This document shows, piece after piece, positions 43,623 to 60,461 of a stretch of DNA of 64,000 bases (positions are counted from its first letter, which is position 1; each line of letters starts with the position of its first letter). The notes under the pieces were generated by a model. It was given only the letters and a program-made list of their open reading frames with translations. It made no database searches and had not been told where the DNA came from. This stretch comes from Paramecium tetraurelia (taxonomy: Eukaryota), in contig CT868196.1 in assembly GCA_000165425.1 (NCBI GenBank), positions 310,001 to 374,000 of the forward strand, read 5' to 3'. A program made the position numbers and the translations under genes.

Positions 43623-43995
43623 TATGAATTATTTATTATTAATATTAATACACGTCGATCATGTATTATTTTTTCAACTTATTCAAATAAATTACATTTT
43701 ATCTAAAATCTTATGATTATCTCTTAACAACTCTTAATACCCAAAAATATTACTTCCCAAACTACCTTAAAAAATAATATATTCATATAGTCAATAGAAC
43801 TAGCATCTTTATGATCGACAAAAATTTGTTAATTTAAAAGAGAAAAATTGTTATAAACACTTTATAATTTAGTGCAATAATCAGGATCGAATGTATCGAA
43901 AGGGACAACTATTTAATTATTGACTTGAATTGATTACTAAATAATATTTAGATATTTATTTCTAAAATAATTTACTTGAATAATAATTATAATTA

Positions 43996-44466
43996 TCATT
44001 TTTATTGCCCAAGGTAAGTTCTATCAAAGAAATGAGGTGCTGAAGTCCATTTACTTCTGTAATCAGACATTTATTAGGGATTCTTTTCAAAGACTCCTTT
44101 CTTAATTATAAATTTCTTGAGTTCTGAAGTTCTAAATTAGTTTCTGGGATTCTTGAATTCTTATCTATAAATTATATAACTGTTTTGGTTACTAATTTGT
44201 TGTTTAGAAATGATTTTGTTAATTTTTTTAGAAGTTTACCCAATTTTATGAACACTTCATAAATGATTCCTAAATCAAATGAACAAAATTACTTGTGTAA
44301 GTTTGCTCACATTATATTAGTTTTTCTCAAATTTTTATTCTTTATAAAAGGTTGAGTATTTTGATTTTGGTTCGCATCTTTCCTCATACCAATTACCAAT
44401 TAACGTTTTTGAGTTGAATTTCTTTTCAGGGTGTGAAGTTTACTGTAGAATGAATTCGTTTGGCAT
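43996..44466 (-). CDS. Ciliary microtubule inner protein with GNW motif (CFAP68/CFAP95/CFAP107-like)
   Basis: KFNSKTLIGNWYEER near the N-terminus, YRSKWT near the C-terminus; two short introns. Confidence 0.65.
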
Positions 44467-44501
44467 CTAAATTATATTAATTAAAATTATTATTTATTTT
44501 A

Positions 44502-45268
44502 TCAATCAGCCCTTGTGTGAAATCCATCATCTTTGCGATGATGATTATGATGAACATGATGTCTTTCGTCCTTATGGTGATATTTGTATGCATCTTAATG
44601 CCTTTTATGTCTAAATTTCAAAGCTTCTATATCATTAGCACTTTGTTTGCACAATCCTGAAAATTCAGCTTTACGACCGTATATACAATCTTAACCTGGA
44701 ATACCATATTTATATACATCTCCATGCAAATTTGGTTACTATTATTGAAAATATGAACTACTTTATTGTATACACATACAAAAATTTCTTGGCTCTTACC
44801 ATTCCTTCTAGTAATTTACGTTCTTCCGCAACCAAAAAATTAAGCTGTTGCCAATTCAATTTATCTTGCAAAATCTTCTTACTATAACAGCTTTTAAAAA
44901 ATTCTTGTTGCACTCCATTCTGATCCTGCATTTTCAGCTTCGCCTTTATATGTCAAGTAACCATATTATCTAGGAAAAGAACAATCAAGTTGAAAATTAG
45001 TAGGACATTTATTAGCACAATCTTAAGCATTTCTTGCCAAATGATCATCCCATTTAATACAATACATATTTGTAGCTGATGAGAATTCACCATACCAATT
45101 TCTTACCTTTCCGTAAGCTACTAAATTTCTATGTTCGTTATGCAATTCCATTAATTCATCTTCTTTTTATTTTGACATCCCACTCAACTTTATTCTATCT
45201 CTATTATCCACTTCACATTCATTTATTGCAAGTCCTATTGTAAATAATATTATTAAAACGAATTTCAT
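44502..45268 (-). CDS. Secreted CAP/SCP (PR-1/Antigen 5) domain protein with His-rich C-terminal tail
   Basis: Signal peptide MKFVLIILFTIGLA; LHNEHRNLVAYG..ATNMYCIKWDDHLARNAQDCANKC; tail HHKDERHHVHHNHHRK. Confidence 0.82.
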
Positions 45269-45529
45269 ATTTTTATTTAATTTTTGGTTTTCTTCTTAAT
45301 AATATTGGCTAGAGTCAAATCCATACAAGCATAGCAACAGCTTCCATAGTTTTGGTTTAATATTAAATTAAATTATCAACTTAATTTAAATCACCATTTT
45401 ATTATGGTAATTGCAAAAAATGTCGATAGTAATAAGATTATGTAGATATAATAATTATACTAAGAAGTTATTTAATCTATTAAGGTTTTGAAATTAAAAG
45501 TATTATTTATATATTACATAAAATTGAAT

Positions 45530-46441
45530 CAAAGAATACTTCAGGCCTTATTCTTTAGATTTCTTTGAAGCATTTCTTATTCTTTTAATTTGTTTATTTT
45601 TCTTCTTAGTTCTTCTTACTTTTAATCTATAATTTTCTCCTTAAAAAGATCAGGATACACTAAAAATATTATTATTTGGTCTAACATAATTTAGCAATAG
45701 ATTTATCTTCAGACATGAAATCTTTGGCTTTTTTCAACTACCCTGGAAATCTACCTTTTGTATTGACCAATTGTGGCTTTTATTCAGGTAACTTAATAAA
45801 TAGGTAATGAGTACTTTGAACATTTCCAATTATTATCTTTCTTATTTTAACACTTATTCAAAGTCTTTTATTGATCTGCAATTTAAATTCTCTTTAGGTG
45901 GTAGATTATAACTTTTATAATCATAAGATTTTGACTCAAATAAATGGCTCATTTCTTTGAAGTGATCTTAGTCGTTAAGATCGTAATGTTAAACAGTTGA
46001 AATTGATCTTGCTTACTTAGGATCCAATAAACTTTAATACTAGGATGCAACAGTAGATTGTGGAATATGTGGTAATGTTTAATAGCTTTAAGATTGTAAT
46101 ATGGATTTCTATTGTTGATGAATTTGCATTTATTTCTTTTCAGTTTTAAAATATTCTAAGTTCGGTAGTTTAGTAGGTCTAGGCAACTGAGAATACCAAA
46201 CTAATTTATTAATTGATGGAGTATAAGAAACAAAATTTTTTTAAAGTGACTTAGCTTTTAATGGCATATAACTTGGTTTTTTAGCTAGTTTAATTCTATC
46301 CTTGTAACCAACTGATCCAGTTAGGGATGAATCAAATTCTTTGATAAAATCTGATGTTTTGTATACTTTTTATTTTCCTCCAGTTTCATTATTGATCAAG
46401 TAATAGTTATTGGTTTCTAAATCATTCCACAGAGATATCAT
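45530..46441 (-). CDS. Hypothetical basic protein (3' end uncertain)
   Basis: ATG 46441 MISLWNDLETNNYYLINN..SLTGSVGYKDR..YSQLPRP; open code-6 frame. Confidence 0.55.
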
Positions 46442-46865
46442 AATATTATTATTAGTTGTATATAAATATAAATATTATAATCAAATTCAGATATATGAAA
46501 ATAATAATTGAAATCTAGAAAAAACATAGCATAAAGTCCAACTTCTTATTAAATATTTATTTATTAAATAGGAATTAAATTATTACATCTAGATTATTTT
46601 ATAAAATCATTACAGCATATTTTGAATGAAATCATATAGCTTTTTGTGATTCTAAACAGTATATTAAAAATAAATATCACAATCTTAGTGTTATATTTTA
46701 AATTAATTTTAAAGTATTACTCCCAAAAACAGAAGTAAGTCATTTCTTACATTACGAAAATACATCTATTTGATTTCGTTATTTTGTAGATATTTGAATA
46801 TTGATGCATAATTTATTACATTTTAAATTGATTGAATAATATTTTAAAATTGATCATAATATTAA

Positions 46866-48070
46866 ATGTTTATATTTTTATTACCTCTTTTGGGATATGG
46901 ATTCATTTCCTTACAACTAAATTAACTTTTAATGGAAACAAAAGGAAAAAGTTTGGGATTGATTACAAATCCAACAGGAGTGGATGATGATCTGGTAATG
47001 GTTACTGATAAAATATCAAAATACTCAGATATCAAGAAGTTTTTCTCACCTGAACATGGATTGAGAGGAGAACAATAGGCAGGTGTTTAAATAAAGGATT
47101 ATATTGATCCAGTTACTGGAATGTAGAAAGTGTTAATTATTTTAGATAAGTGATTTCCTTATATGGTAGCAAAAAGGCTCCAACATTAGCAGATCTAGAA
47201 GATGTTGATGTTCTGGTTTATTATATCAGAGATGTTGGAACTAGATTTTATACTTACATATGGACTATGACGTATTGTATGGAAGCAGCTCAAAAGGCTG
47301 GGATTCAATTTGTTGTTGTAGATGTTCCTAATCCTCTTGGAAGAAAGATTGAAGGATGTAGAAATGAAATGGATGCGGGATTAGTTGGACGCAAGTTCGG
47401 ATCCAATTTAGGATTACCTTAAAGATATGGATTGACAGTTGGAGAATTAGCAACTTTCATTAATAAGGAATGGCTAACAAATCCTGTGAATTTGAAGATT
47501 ATACCTTACCTTACAAATCAATTTCAATGGGTTATACTCTTAAAATAAATTAGATTTTACCATCTCCTAATATGCCTACCATAGAGACTGCAACTGTTTA
47601 CCCTGGCTTTGGAATCTTCGAAGGAACTGATTTAAGTGAAGGAAGAGGAACCACGTATTTTAAATTATTGATTAATATTTAGACATCCATTTGAAATTAT
47701 AGGATCTCCATTAATTACAAAACCTGAAGAATTGGCAAAGACATTGAATGCTAGAAAGCTGACTTCGGTAATTTTTAGACCTGTTTATTTCTCTCCAACA
47801 TTTTCAAAACACAAAGATGCAATTTGTGGAGGAGTTCAAATTCATGTCTTAGATAAAAATTCATTCAATCCAGTGTTGACAGCATTTGTTACTTTAGATG
47901 AAATATATAAAGTGATTCCAATTAAATTCAATTTAATGATAGACTATGAAAGTGGAATTTCAGGATTTGCAGAGCTGTTAAAAAATACAACTGCTGAAAA
48001 GATCTATTCCCAATGTTAAAATAATACAAAAGCTTTTTATGATTAAGTGCAACGTTATTATATATATTGA
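46866..48070 (+). CDS. NamZ/YbbC (DUF1343) exo-beta-N-acetylmuramidase-like protein with signal peptide
   Basis: [101 protein letters not shown]; three ~23-28 nt introns. Confidence 0.92.
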
Positions 48071-48431
48071 TATCAATATCATATTATTTAATTTCTTTTT
48101 TTATAACTTATCTGCATAGATGAAGAGAAGTAGAATGTTAAAGAATGTTAAATGAAAATTAGAACTGATTTTAGAATTCTATTATTCTGATAGATTAGAT
48201 GACATCATATTGATATCCTTTTTATTTCTATACTAGGTTCACATAAACTTGGTTTGTTTACTTTAAAGCACTGACGTAATTGTTAATTACTTTCATCAAT
48301 GCCATCTATTTCTTCAACTTATAATATCAATTTGTTTTGAATTGTTCTATTTTAATTTGAAAGTAGTTTAATTTTCTATTGATCTTAAATAATAATAATA
48401 AAATTGCAAAAATAGTTTTAATTTATTTTAC

Positions 48432-48869
48432 ATGGGACTGAGACTCAGAAAACTCACACAAACACTTGAAAGCAAGCATCCATAATAATACAATTTCCCT
48501 AGAGGGGCTGATCAATTCGAATATTCTCCGGATAGATCGTATAGTTCCTTATTAGGAGATGTTTACGACCTCAACAGTCAATTAAAACGTGTTCATCGTA
48601 GAGTTCTATCTTAAGTTGCATTTCAAAAAGGGAAATCGAAAGAAAACAAGATAAGCACTCTATCTCCCATCAAAGTAGATTAGTTCGTAGCCACAAAAGC
48701 AAAACTTAATTCATAAAGATTCTTTCTAATGAATTAGGTACGCAATGTTAGACCCAAGTAAAATAAAATGTAGTCTTCACAAGTGGTCGTCTAGAAGTCT
48801 TCTTAAAAGAGAGGTTTGCGAATGCATACTGATACGATTGAAAGCATAACCAAATATCGATTGGGATGA
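48432..48869 (+). CDS. Small basic hypothetical protein (~145 aa)
   Basis: Intronless ORF MGLRLRKL..KYRLG*. Confidence 0.62.
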
Positions 48870-48892
48870 CTTAAATTATTATTTTAATATAA

Positions 48893-49509
48893 ATGTCAAT
48901 TAGGCAATTTGTTGGAATTCAAGAAATAGCCAAAAAGGCTTTTAATTCTTTGATTGTGATTCGCAAGGAGATCGAGAGTAAAAACCAAGAAGTATTGGCA
49001 CATGGAATATCAGTCTACAATTAAGTTATACCTGTCGATGCAAGCAAAAGCAAATTTGGATTTTTCAGATGTAATTATGTATTATACCAATTAATAGCAT
49101 CTCGTCTTGACAATAGATCAGATCATAGATACTATGACATGAACCCATTGCCTCCTCCAGAGTCCAAGATTGCTCGTGTTTACATCATGGATGATAATCG
49201 TATGCATCAAAGTAATTGGTTTTACGAATTCGACATAGCTCCCACTATGAGATAGGGGAATATCACTGGAATGTTTAAATTGAGAGAGGACCTATTCACA
49301 GAATGCCTTGGAGTGGTTGGACATTTTCAAAGGATTAGAAGAGCAGAGAAGTTTATAAGTTCCTCAGTTTGGAAGCTGCACTAGAATTTTGCCAATAAGA
49401 TGGGTATGGGTATATTATTCAATATCCCCATTTTCGTTATACTTCTAAGAGAAAGTATGCTGACAATTTTAAGTGGAAGGGATTTCCAAAGGATGAACAA
49501 GACTCTTGA
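48893..49509 (+). CDS. NDUFS4: Mitochondrial complex I subunit NDUFS4-like
   Basis: KIARVY..WNVQIE..PWSGWTFSKD..KFLSLEAALEFCQQDGYGY..KYADNFKWKG; two short introns. Confidence 0.8.
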
Positions 49510-49703
49510 TAAGATATTATCAATAATATAACAAGGAATATCAACAATTGGCATTCTAAGTGTTTCTTATTCTTTCTCTCCTCTCTTAATAATATAACCG
49601 CACCATCATATTAAACCTTAATATTATTATACATAATGTGTATTATTTATTTATCTCATTGTGAGATTTTGGTTGAATTATAAAAGCTAGTTATTAATTA
49701 ATT

Positions 49704-52700
49704 ATGATTGAATTGCAAGAGACTAATCCAAAAGAGGAAATCGATTTTGGGTAAGGATTGCATCACTATTTGATAGATAATCGACCTTGGAATATTAGGG
49801 TGAGTATGATGATCAATATAAACTAACAGCAATCTATTATAGGATCAATAAATGCAAATAGATCATTTATTATGTCTTGCTAATTCTAACTCTTGGATTA
49901 TTGTATTTATTTCAAAGATGGTTTATAAATTTGAGATTGTTTCTATTGTAAGCTTAAATCATGTAAAAAGATTTGAAAAATGTGAATTTGGTACAATGAC
50001 ACATGTTTTAGTGATCAAGACCAAAAACATAATTCCAATCGCAGATGATCAATTGTGTGAAGTTACCGTTGTGTAGGATCATCCTTTCTCTAAAAATGCT
50101 AGAGTCTTCAATTATGAACTTAGCGATTACTACATCGATACATATACAAAAGCATTGGTTTAGATGAGAAACTCATTCTCTTAGTACACACAAGAGCGAA
50201 TCTGCAATATGAAAGGCCTCTCAGAATTGACTACGGTTTATGGAGAGAATATTATGGAAATACCAATCAAACCAATCCCACTCCTGTTACTTGATGAAAT
50301 ATTAACACCCTTCAATATCTTTTAATTTAGTGCTCTCGCCTTGTGGGCTTACGATGATTACTTGAATTACTCTCTGTTCATTTTAGCAATCACAATCATT
50401 TAAATTGGAATCGAACTCAGAGATGTAAGATAAAATTTATTAAAAATCTAAAAAATGATTAGATACAATGTAGATGTTAAAGTAATTAGAAATAATACTT
50501 AAGTAACCATTCAATCAAAATCATTGATTCCAGGTGATCTATTAATAATTGAAGGTCATACTAAACTTAGTTGTGATTGTATCTTAATTGAAGGAAATTG
50601 TGTAATGAATGAAGCTGTCTTGACAGGTGAGAGTGTGCCAATTAATAAGTCCAGTTTGGAAAATAATGAATTAATATTTTAATAGAAAGGTAATGAAAAT
50701 AAAATGTTGTTTTGTGGTACTACTTGTCTAAGAAGTTATTCCCAAAATGGTGAACTTGCTAAAGCTATTGTTTATCAAACTGGATTTCAAACATTAAAAG
50801 GCAGTCTGGCTAGATCAATAATGTTCAATAGAACTCAAACATTCAGTTTTTACAGAGATTCTTTAAGATATCTATTTGTATTAGCCACTTTAGGATTGAT
50901 ATAAGCTAATATTACAATTCTGATAAGTGGTGCTCAAGGAGTTGCTCTTGGGGAGAGCATAATAAATGCATTGGAAATAATAACCATAATAGTCCCTGCC
51001 ACATTACCTACTGCCTTGGGAGCTGGTATCAGTCTTGCTTTGAAACGTTTGGAGGACAAATGTATTTAATGTGTAAAACCTGACAAGATCAATGTGGCTA
51101 GCAAAGTTAATTTAGTAGCATTTGATAAAACAGGCACACTCACTGAATTAGGACTAGATGTTTTAGGATGTAGGGAAATTAAGGACATTGGCTTTAATAA
51201 GTTATAGATGATTAAAGATGTGACAGAGCAGTTTAATGAGTGCATGGGTATTTGTCATTCATTATCAATAATAAATAATGAGATTATGGGAGATCCAATT
51301 GATCTATGTATGTTTTAAGAGACAGGATGGGAGTTAGTGGAAGAGAGTAAAATAAGGAAGGGAGGGAAAGAAGTATCAGTGTTAAAGAGATTTGATTTCT
51401 AAGCAGAGTTATAAAGAATGTCAGTCATAACAAATCAAAATATATTATATTGTAAAGGATCACCTGAATAGATAAAGAGCATCTGTGCCATTGTTCCTAC
51501 TAATTACAATGTCATGTTGTAAAGGTACAGTAGCTAGGGATTCAGAATAATCGCTTGTTGCTGTAGAGATGTTACCCATTTGAATATGCAACAGTTGCAT
51601 AAGAGAGAGATCTATGAACAGAATATGAAGTTCTTAGGATTTCTGATTTTCGAAAACAAATTAAAAGCAGAAACTCAGGCTACCATAATGGGTTTAAAGT
51701 AGAGTAACATCAGATCTATTATGGTGACAGGTGATAATCCATACACTGCAATTAACATAGGGTTATAGTGCAATATTTTAGATCAAAACAGCAGAATCTT
51801 TTTGGGATTCCTAAATGATGGAGTGTTATATTGGAATGAGATTATGTAATTGAAAACAGATAAGGCCGATGAGAATAGAAGTTGCTATAGTTTAGATTCA
51901 CATCAAGCTCAGAATATAGAAACTAATGAGATAATGAAGTTGAGTTGTCACTTTCAATTAGCAATTACCGGGTAAGTTTTTGAACATTTGTAATATTAAT
52001 ACGCTGCATTATAGGATAATCAACCATTGATATTGAATCTATTATAAAAAACGTGCATTTACTCAAGAATGAAGCCTAACAACAAAGGAGACCTTATGTT
52101 GCTTTTGAGATAAGACATATTGAACTTTATTGCTTTTTGTGGAGATGGCACTAATGATACTTGTGCTTTGAGATAGGCAGATGTTGGTTTAGCTTTGTCA
52201 TTAGAAGATGCTTCTTTGGCATCTCCATTTACAAGTACCATCTTCAATATTTCAAACATTATTAATTTAATTAAAGAAGGAAGAGCCTGCTTAGTTACTT
52301 GTGTGGAATGCTTCAAATTTATGACTTTGTACTCATGCATTTAATCTGTGGCTGTATTGTAATGCTATTTTTATGATACAGACTTCACATAAGTCCAATA
52401 TCTTTATTAAGATCTCTGGCTGATTATCCCACTAGCATTTACAATGGATTTAACTAAGTCATATCACAAATTGGCCAATTATAGACCAATAAGCAATTTG
52501 ATCTCCTTGCCTGTCCTATCTTCTGTCTGTGTCATTGTTTTCATATCCTTCCTTGCTTAAATCATTATGCATCAAATACTGAAACATTAAGAATTCTATC
52601 AATAGATCAAAATAGAATTGGTTAACAAAGACTATTACATGCAACCCAATTATATAAATTCGATACTTCTTATAACTTCCAGCACTGAAATCTTGGCTGT

Positions 52701-52989
52701 GGCCATAGCATATACTTAGGGACCCCCATTTAGATAATCTATTCTTAAAAATATCTATTATATGGTAGTGATATGTTTAGGGATAGCTGGACAAATCATC
52801 TTAATATTCTACCCAAATTTGATTGGATTCTTAAGTTTGGAGGTTGAATTCCCAACAGATTTCAAAATTTATATCCTAATTGTAAACATAATAGTTGGAA
52901 TCTCAATTATATTGTATGAGAAACTTGTAACTGCCAAAATGAACTAGAAGTACGCAGAAGTAGAAATTAATCTAGGAAATCAAAATTGA
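49704..52989 (+). CDS. P5-type (P5B/ATP13A-like) P-type ATPase
   Basis: PFNIFQ..LWAYDDY, LTGESVPINK, TGFQTLKGSLARSIMF, VPATLP, FDKTGTLT, KGSPE, TGDNPYTA, CGDGTND..ASLASPFTS..EGRACLVT. Confidence 0.92.
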
Positions 52990-53004
52990 TAGATATAAAT
53001 ATAT

Positions 53005-54712
53005 TCACTTTGTATAATCATTATCTTGCTGTGTCTAGCTTATATTCTGCACTCTGCACTAACTAATTAATCACTGACGTGTCTAATATCTGAATATCTT
53101 GATTCAATTGTAGTTTCATTAAGTCTATGATAGGTTCATCCATGCTATTTATCAATTTCTGATTTATTGGATCCTAATAGTTTGTTATAATCTCTTTAAA
53201 TGCTTGTTGAGCTTCCAGTGCCTTCTGATATGGAGTCTTGGCAGGTTTCAAGAGTGAACAGAAGTTATCATCCGAGACGTCTTGGGGATCTGCTCCTATC
53301 AATGGTTTCGGCAAGTAATCAAACATCTTGATTTAAGCATTATTAAGAAGTATGAATTTCAATTTGTCAATTTCATGTAATTTATTGATAATATACAGAA
53401 TGTCAAGTGATTTTTAGATACGATTAATAGCAAATTCGAATTACTAATACTTTGTGTTGCTATTGTCCTTTCTTCTTGGAAATTAAAAGGTTACATATTC
53501 TAAGAAATTCAAATTCAATTTCTTGGTCACCACTCTGAAAAACCTTTTAATGGATGCTGAGATTTCATTTGTAATGTGTGCCTTCTAATTTTCACTATCT
53601 GCTTCTGTGATCATTTAACTTTTTCTTTGAATACTATATAATCTTTTCTTTATATTCAATTAATTGAGTTAACTGAAAGATTTTTATTTCTTGTATGTTG
53701 GGACTATTGGGAAATTGACTTCGCTCTAGCATAGTGGGATTTTCTTATCTATTTGTTCGGGACTAATTGCTTTTTCCCTAATGTTGTCATTAGCCATTTA
53801 AATTTTATCATTTTCAGCCGTTGCATCTTCATCGTTCGAAAAATTAAAAAGGGAATTTACAATTTGTAATCGATAGGAAAGATTGCTGAATGGCAATTAT
53901 AAGAACATAGCCAAAGTGAAGATCACATTCCACAACCCTCCAGCTTCTCCAAGGATTTACTAGAGTTTCGGATAAGATCGATATTGTACAAATTCGGTTT
54001 TGTTTAGACGTATTCTGAACTGGAGTAGTTTGTGACCATCACTGACTTCGTAGGTTTCTTGATGGTATTGATATGCTAACACACTTTCTCGTACCTCATC
54101 CTTAAATACCATCCCTCCATCTGAAATTACTGTAAATGGACTCATGAATATATCAATTCGTTTTTAGATATGGTGAGTTAGAGTAGTTTCTATTTTCTCT
54201 ATCCTAGTTTTTACGGGATCCTGAACATCGTTTAAATCGTAATAAAATGTTGGTATTGACAACTAAAAATTAAGACTTTCCTCTTTATTATGTACTTAAG
54301 TAGCATTCTTGAGATAGATCTCCACAATAACATACTAACCACTTAGATCTGACTCGTATAGACTGACCTATTTATCATATGTATAGAGATTCTCTCTCAG
54401 CTAAAGTGGCCCATCCAAAGTGCTGACATTTAAGTTTTGTTCTTCTGACCCAGTGATTGAAATTGTAAAATTCATTAATTGAGTGCGGTTTAAAGCTTAG
54501 TGGTAGATCTGATATTGATAAGAACGAGGATTTTTATCCAAATTAATGAAATTCATGAATAAAAGGACACTCATCATAGAGATTATAATCAAGGTGAGAA
54601 AGGCACCGCAATAGGTTTTGTGACGCTCTTGATCTTTGATTAGTAGGGAAACTGGTTTAGTGAAGAGATCAAGGGATCGAAAGGATTTAAGTAGTTTTTT
54701 ATATTTTTTCAT
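53005..54712 (-). CDS. Ciliate-expanded 2-TM protein with large extracellular loop
   Basis: RSLDLFTKPVSL..HKTYCGAFLTLIII (TM1), RSYPKLQQILGEAGGLWNVIF (TM2), LDILYIINKLHEIDKLKFILL..FDYLPKP. Confidence 0.8.
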
Positions 54713-54782
54713 TAAATGAAGAATCAAATAATTTGATGATTAAATGGTTAATTGATGCCTCTTAAAATCATAATTTAATTTA

Positions 54783-57854
<3,072 letters not shown>

Positions 57855-58427
57855 TATATATATAAATAATTATGAATATTCTAATTGATATTTTAATCAT
57901 TCTAAACTACATAACAATTTATTGAGCTTTCAGAAATAAAAAAAACTACTTAATTATTAATTTTCTATATTAGTATATAATTTGATTTTTACTTAATGAT
58001 ATTGATTTTCTATTTTCCTATATTTCTTTTGATTTTCCCATCCGAAAAATATTTATTGTCTATCATTTGAATTCTTGTCTCAATAATGACTTCTCTAAAA
58101 ACAAACCTTACTAAATTTAGTTTAAAAATTAAATTGATATTTTATTAACACTTTATTAGAATTATAATTTAATACCATTCTATTCAGATATATTTTATAT
58201 GGTATGATGTCAAATATTTATAAATGAAAAAAGAAATTAAATATCATAATAAGTTTTTGAATATGATCTAAACATATAGTTTTTGCTGATATTAATGTGA
58301 ATTGATAAAAGACTAGTGAACATTTGAATTTCTAAGAGAGATGTAAAAAAGCTGATAACATTCCAATCAAATCCAATCAACCATATTATTCATAATAAGT
58401 GTATATAAATTAATTTAAAATTTATAG

Positions 58428-60367
58428 ATGAAACAAAATAAGTTAAAGCAAATCCAGCGTTAAATCAAAAAAATTGATATTTTTGCATCACCTGTTGAAC
58501 TAATGATATAAAAGAAACGCTAGCATCAATCTTTATTTGGAGCAATGATGACTGTAGTGATGTTTGGTTGCATAATAACATATATTGTTAACAAATTTGT
58601 ATAATTAGGAAGAAGAAAAGAATTTCAGACTCTCTATTCGGAGGTTTATTATGAGGAAGTTCCTATATATCCATTATATTCTGATAACTTCACTTTATAA
58701 TTTGCCTTCCAAAAAGAAAATTAGAAAAATTACATAGATGAGTCAGTTTATCAAGTCAATGCCTTTATGGTTAACAAGTTTCAATCAACGTACAATTTAA
58801 TTTCAATAGCAGAGTCGATAATAAAACAATTTAAAATTTTACAAAAACAGAGATTCCGCTAACTAAATGTGCAAAGATTGGAATAACTTTTGAGGAAATC
58901 GAGGAGTAGTTGGACAATATTGACTTCAGTAATACGTATTGCATTGATTGGAATAACATTTCAGAGTTAAGTTTGACTGGCACTCCAGAGTAATAAAATT
59001 ACACTTATATGTATATAAATTTCTAATCTTGTGTGAATGATACAAGCAATAGTAGTTTTTATTATTTAATTAGGCGAGAGTGTGATATGCAAGTCAAAGG
59101 AAGAAATTTAAGAACAATTAAGAAGGAACTACATTTAATTTTAGATTTCCTCATACAACATAGATCTGAGGAATTATCAATAACCAAATGTTCCCAAAGT
59201 TGAAGAAATTTAAACCACAATTTCAAGTTAAGTATTGAAAGATATTACTTTGTTTATGCAACCTATCACCACATTGACTGAGGAAGGATTATTGGACGAA
59301 TTGGTTAGAAAAGATTCTACAATAAGGTATTAAAAGAGTCAAGAGATAATTGATTTTAATAGTGATGAAGCACTTGCAACGGTATATATTAGATTATCAA
59401 ATACTGAGAACATTAGTTATAGAATTTATCCCAAGTTATAAGACATCTTGGCTTAAGCAGGGGGTTTATGGGAATTATTGATGCTAGCGTTTTCAATTAT
59501 TGTAAAACCATTTTCTTAAATGTCATTCAAAATGGAGATCATAAATAGTTTATTTAATTTTGAAGGCCAAAAATAAATCGATTAAGAAGAAAATAAAAAT
59601 AAGGTTTTTGAGAAATTAAATGCTGGTTAGGAGAATATTTAAACCAATGAAAATGATGTTTCAATTATGTTGAATTAGATGAAATCTAAAACCAGTTCAC
59701 GATTTCCAAGAGGGAGAATCAAAGCAAAAACACAAAAAGCTGATGCAGTCAACTCTGTTTAAACTGAAAAATCTTCTTAAATTTTTGGCAACTCTCCTGA
59801 GAGTGATAAAATGTTGTAAAAAGGAATTAATTCTGCCTTTAGAAGGTTCTTTAATGTTGCAACGTTAAAATTAAAATTTAGTTTATTCGATTATTTGAAG
59901 TATTTGAAGTGTGGGTAATAGTATATTCATATTATTAAAGAAAGAAGGAAGGAAAGTACAAACAATTAAATTATTCAATCTCCAAATTAGATAAGTGTCT
60001 TGATATACTATTTATTATTGACAAGTTACAAGAAATAGACAAATTAAAAATGATCTTACTTTCTAAGGAATAGGTATAATTATTTGAATTTCTCCCTAAA
60101 CCTTTAATAACTCTTGATCCTACAAATTAATAATACGGTGAAAATTAACAGTACTCTTCATTACTAAAACCTTTCAAAGGATTTAAAGAAAAATCATTAG
60201 AAGCCTAATAAGTATTGGATTAGCTACTTGAGAATTTGGATGATCCTATTACTCATAAACTTATTTCCTTGATGGATTCAAACTTGATAAAGTTGCTATA
60301 AATATAACATGATTTAAAAAAAAAGTAAACTCCATAATTATTAGTAAATGATTTTGTCGAAGAATGA
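58428..60367 (+). CDS. Ciliate-expanded 2-TM protein with large extracellular loop (paralogue of 53005-54712)
   Basis: KKIDIFASPVEL..HQSLFGAMMTV (TM1), CVN..CKSKEEI, RIYPKLQDILAQAGGLWELL (TM2), LDILFIIDKLQEIDKLKMILL..FEFLPKP. Confidence 0.82.
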
Positions 60368-60461
60368 TAAATATATATATTTCGTAATCATAATGTTAAA
60401 ATGAATTATAATTTTATTAGTAATTATTTGGATAACTATTATAATAAAAAATAAATTAATC

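Noticed and set aside
46866..48070. NamZ gene as bacterial contamination or endosymbiont DNA
   Set aside because: It has spliceosomal introns, TAA/TAG-Gln codons and host-like base composition, and sits among ciliate genes
49200..49270. Apparent frameshift inside NDUFS4 between KIARVY and HWNVQIE, suggesting programmed frameshifting
   Set aside because: A plausible 20-nt GTT..TAG intron (~49219-49238) restores the frame, so no recoding is needed
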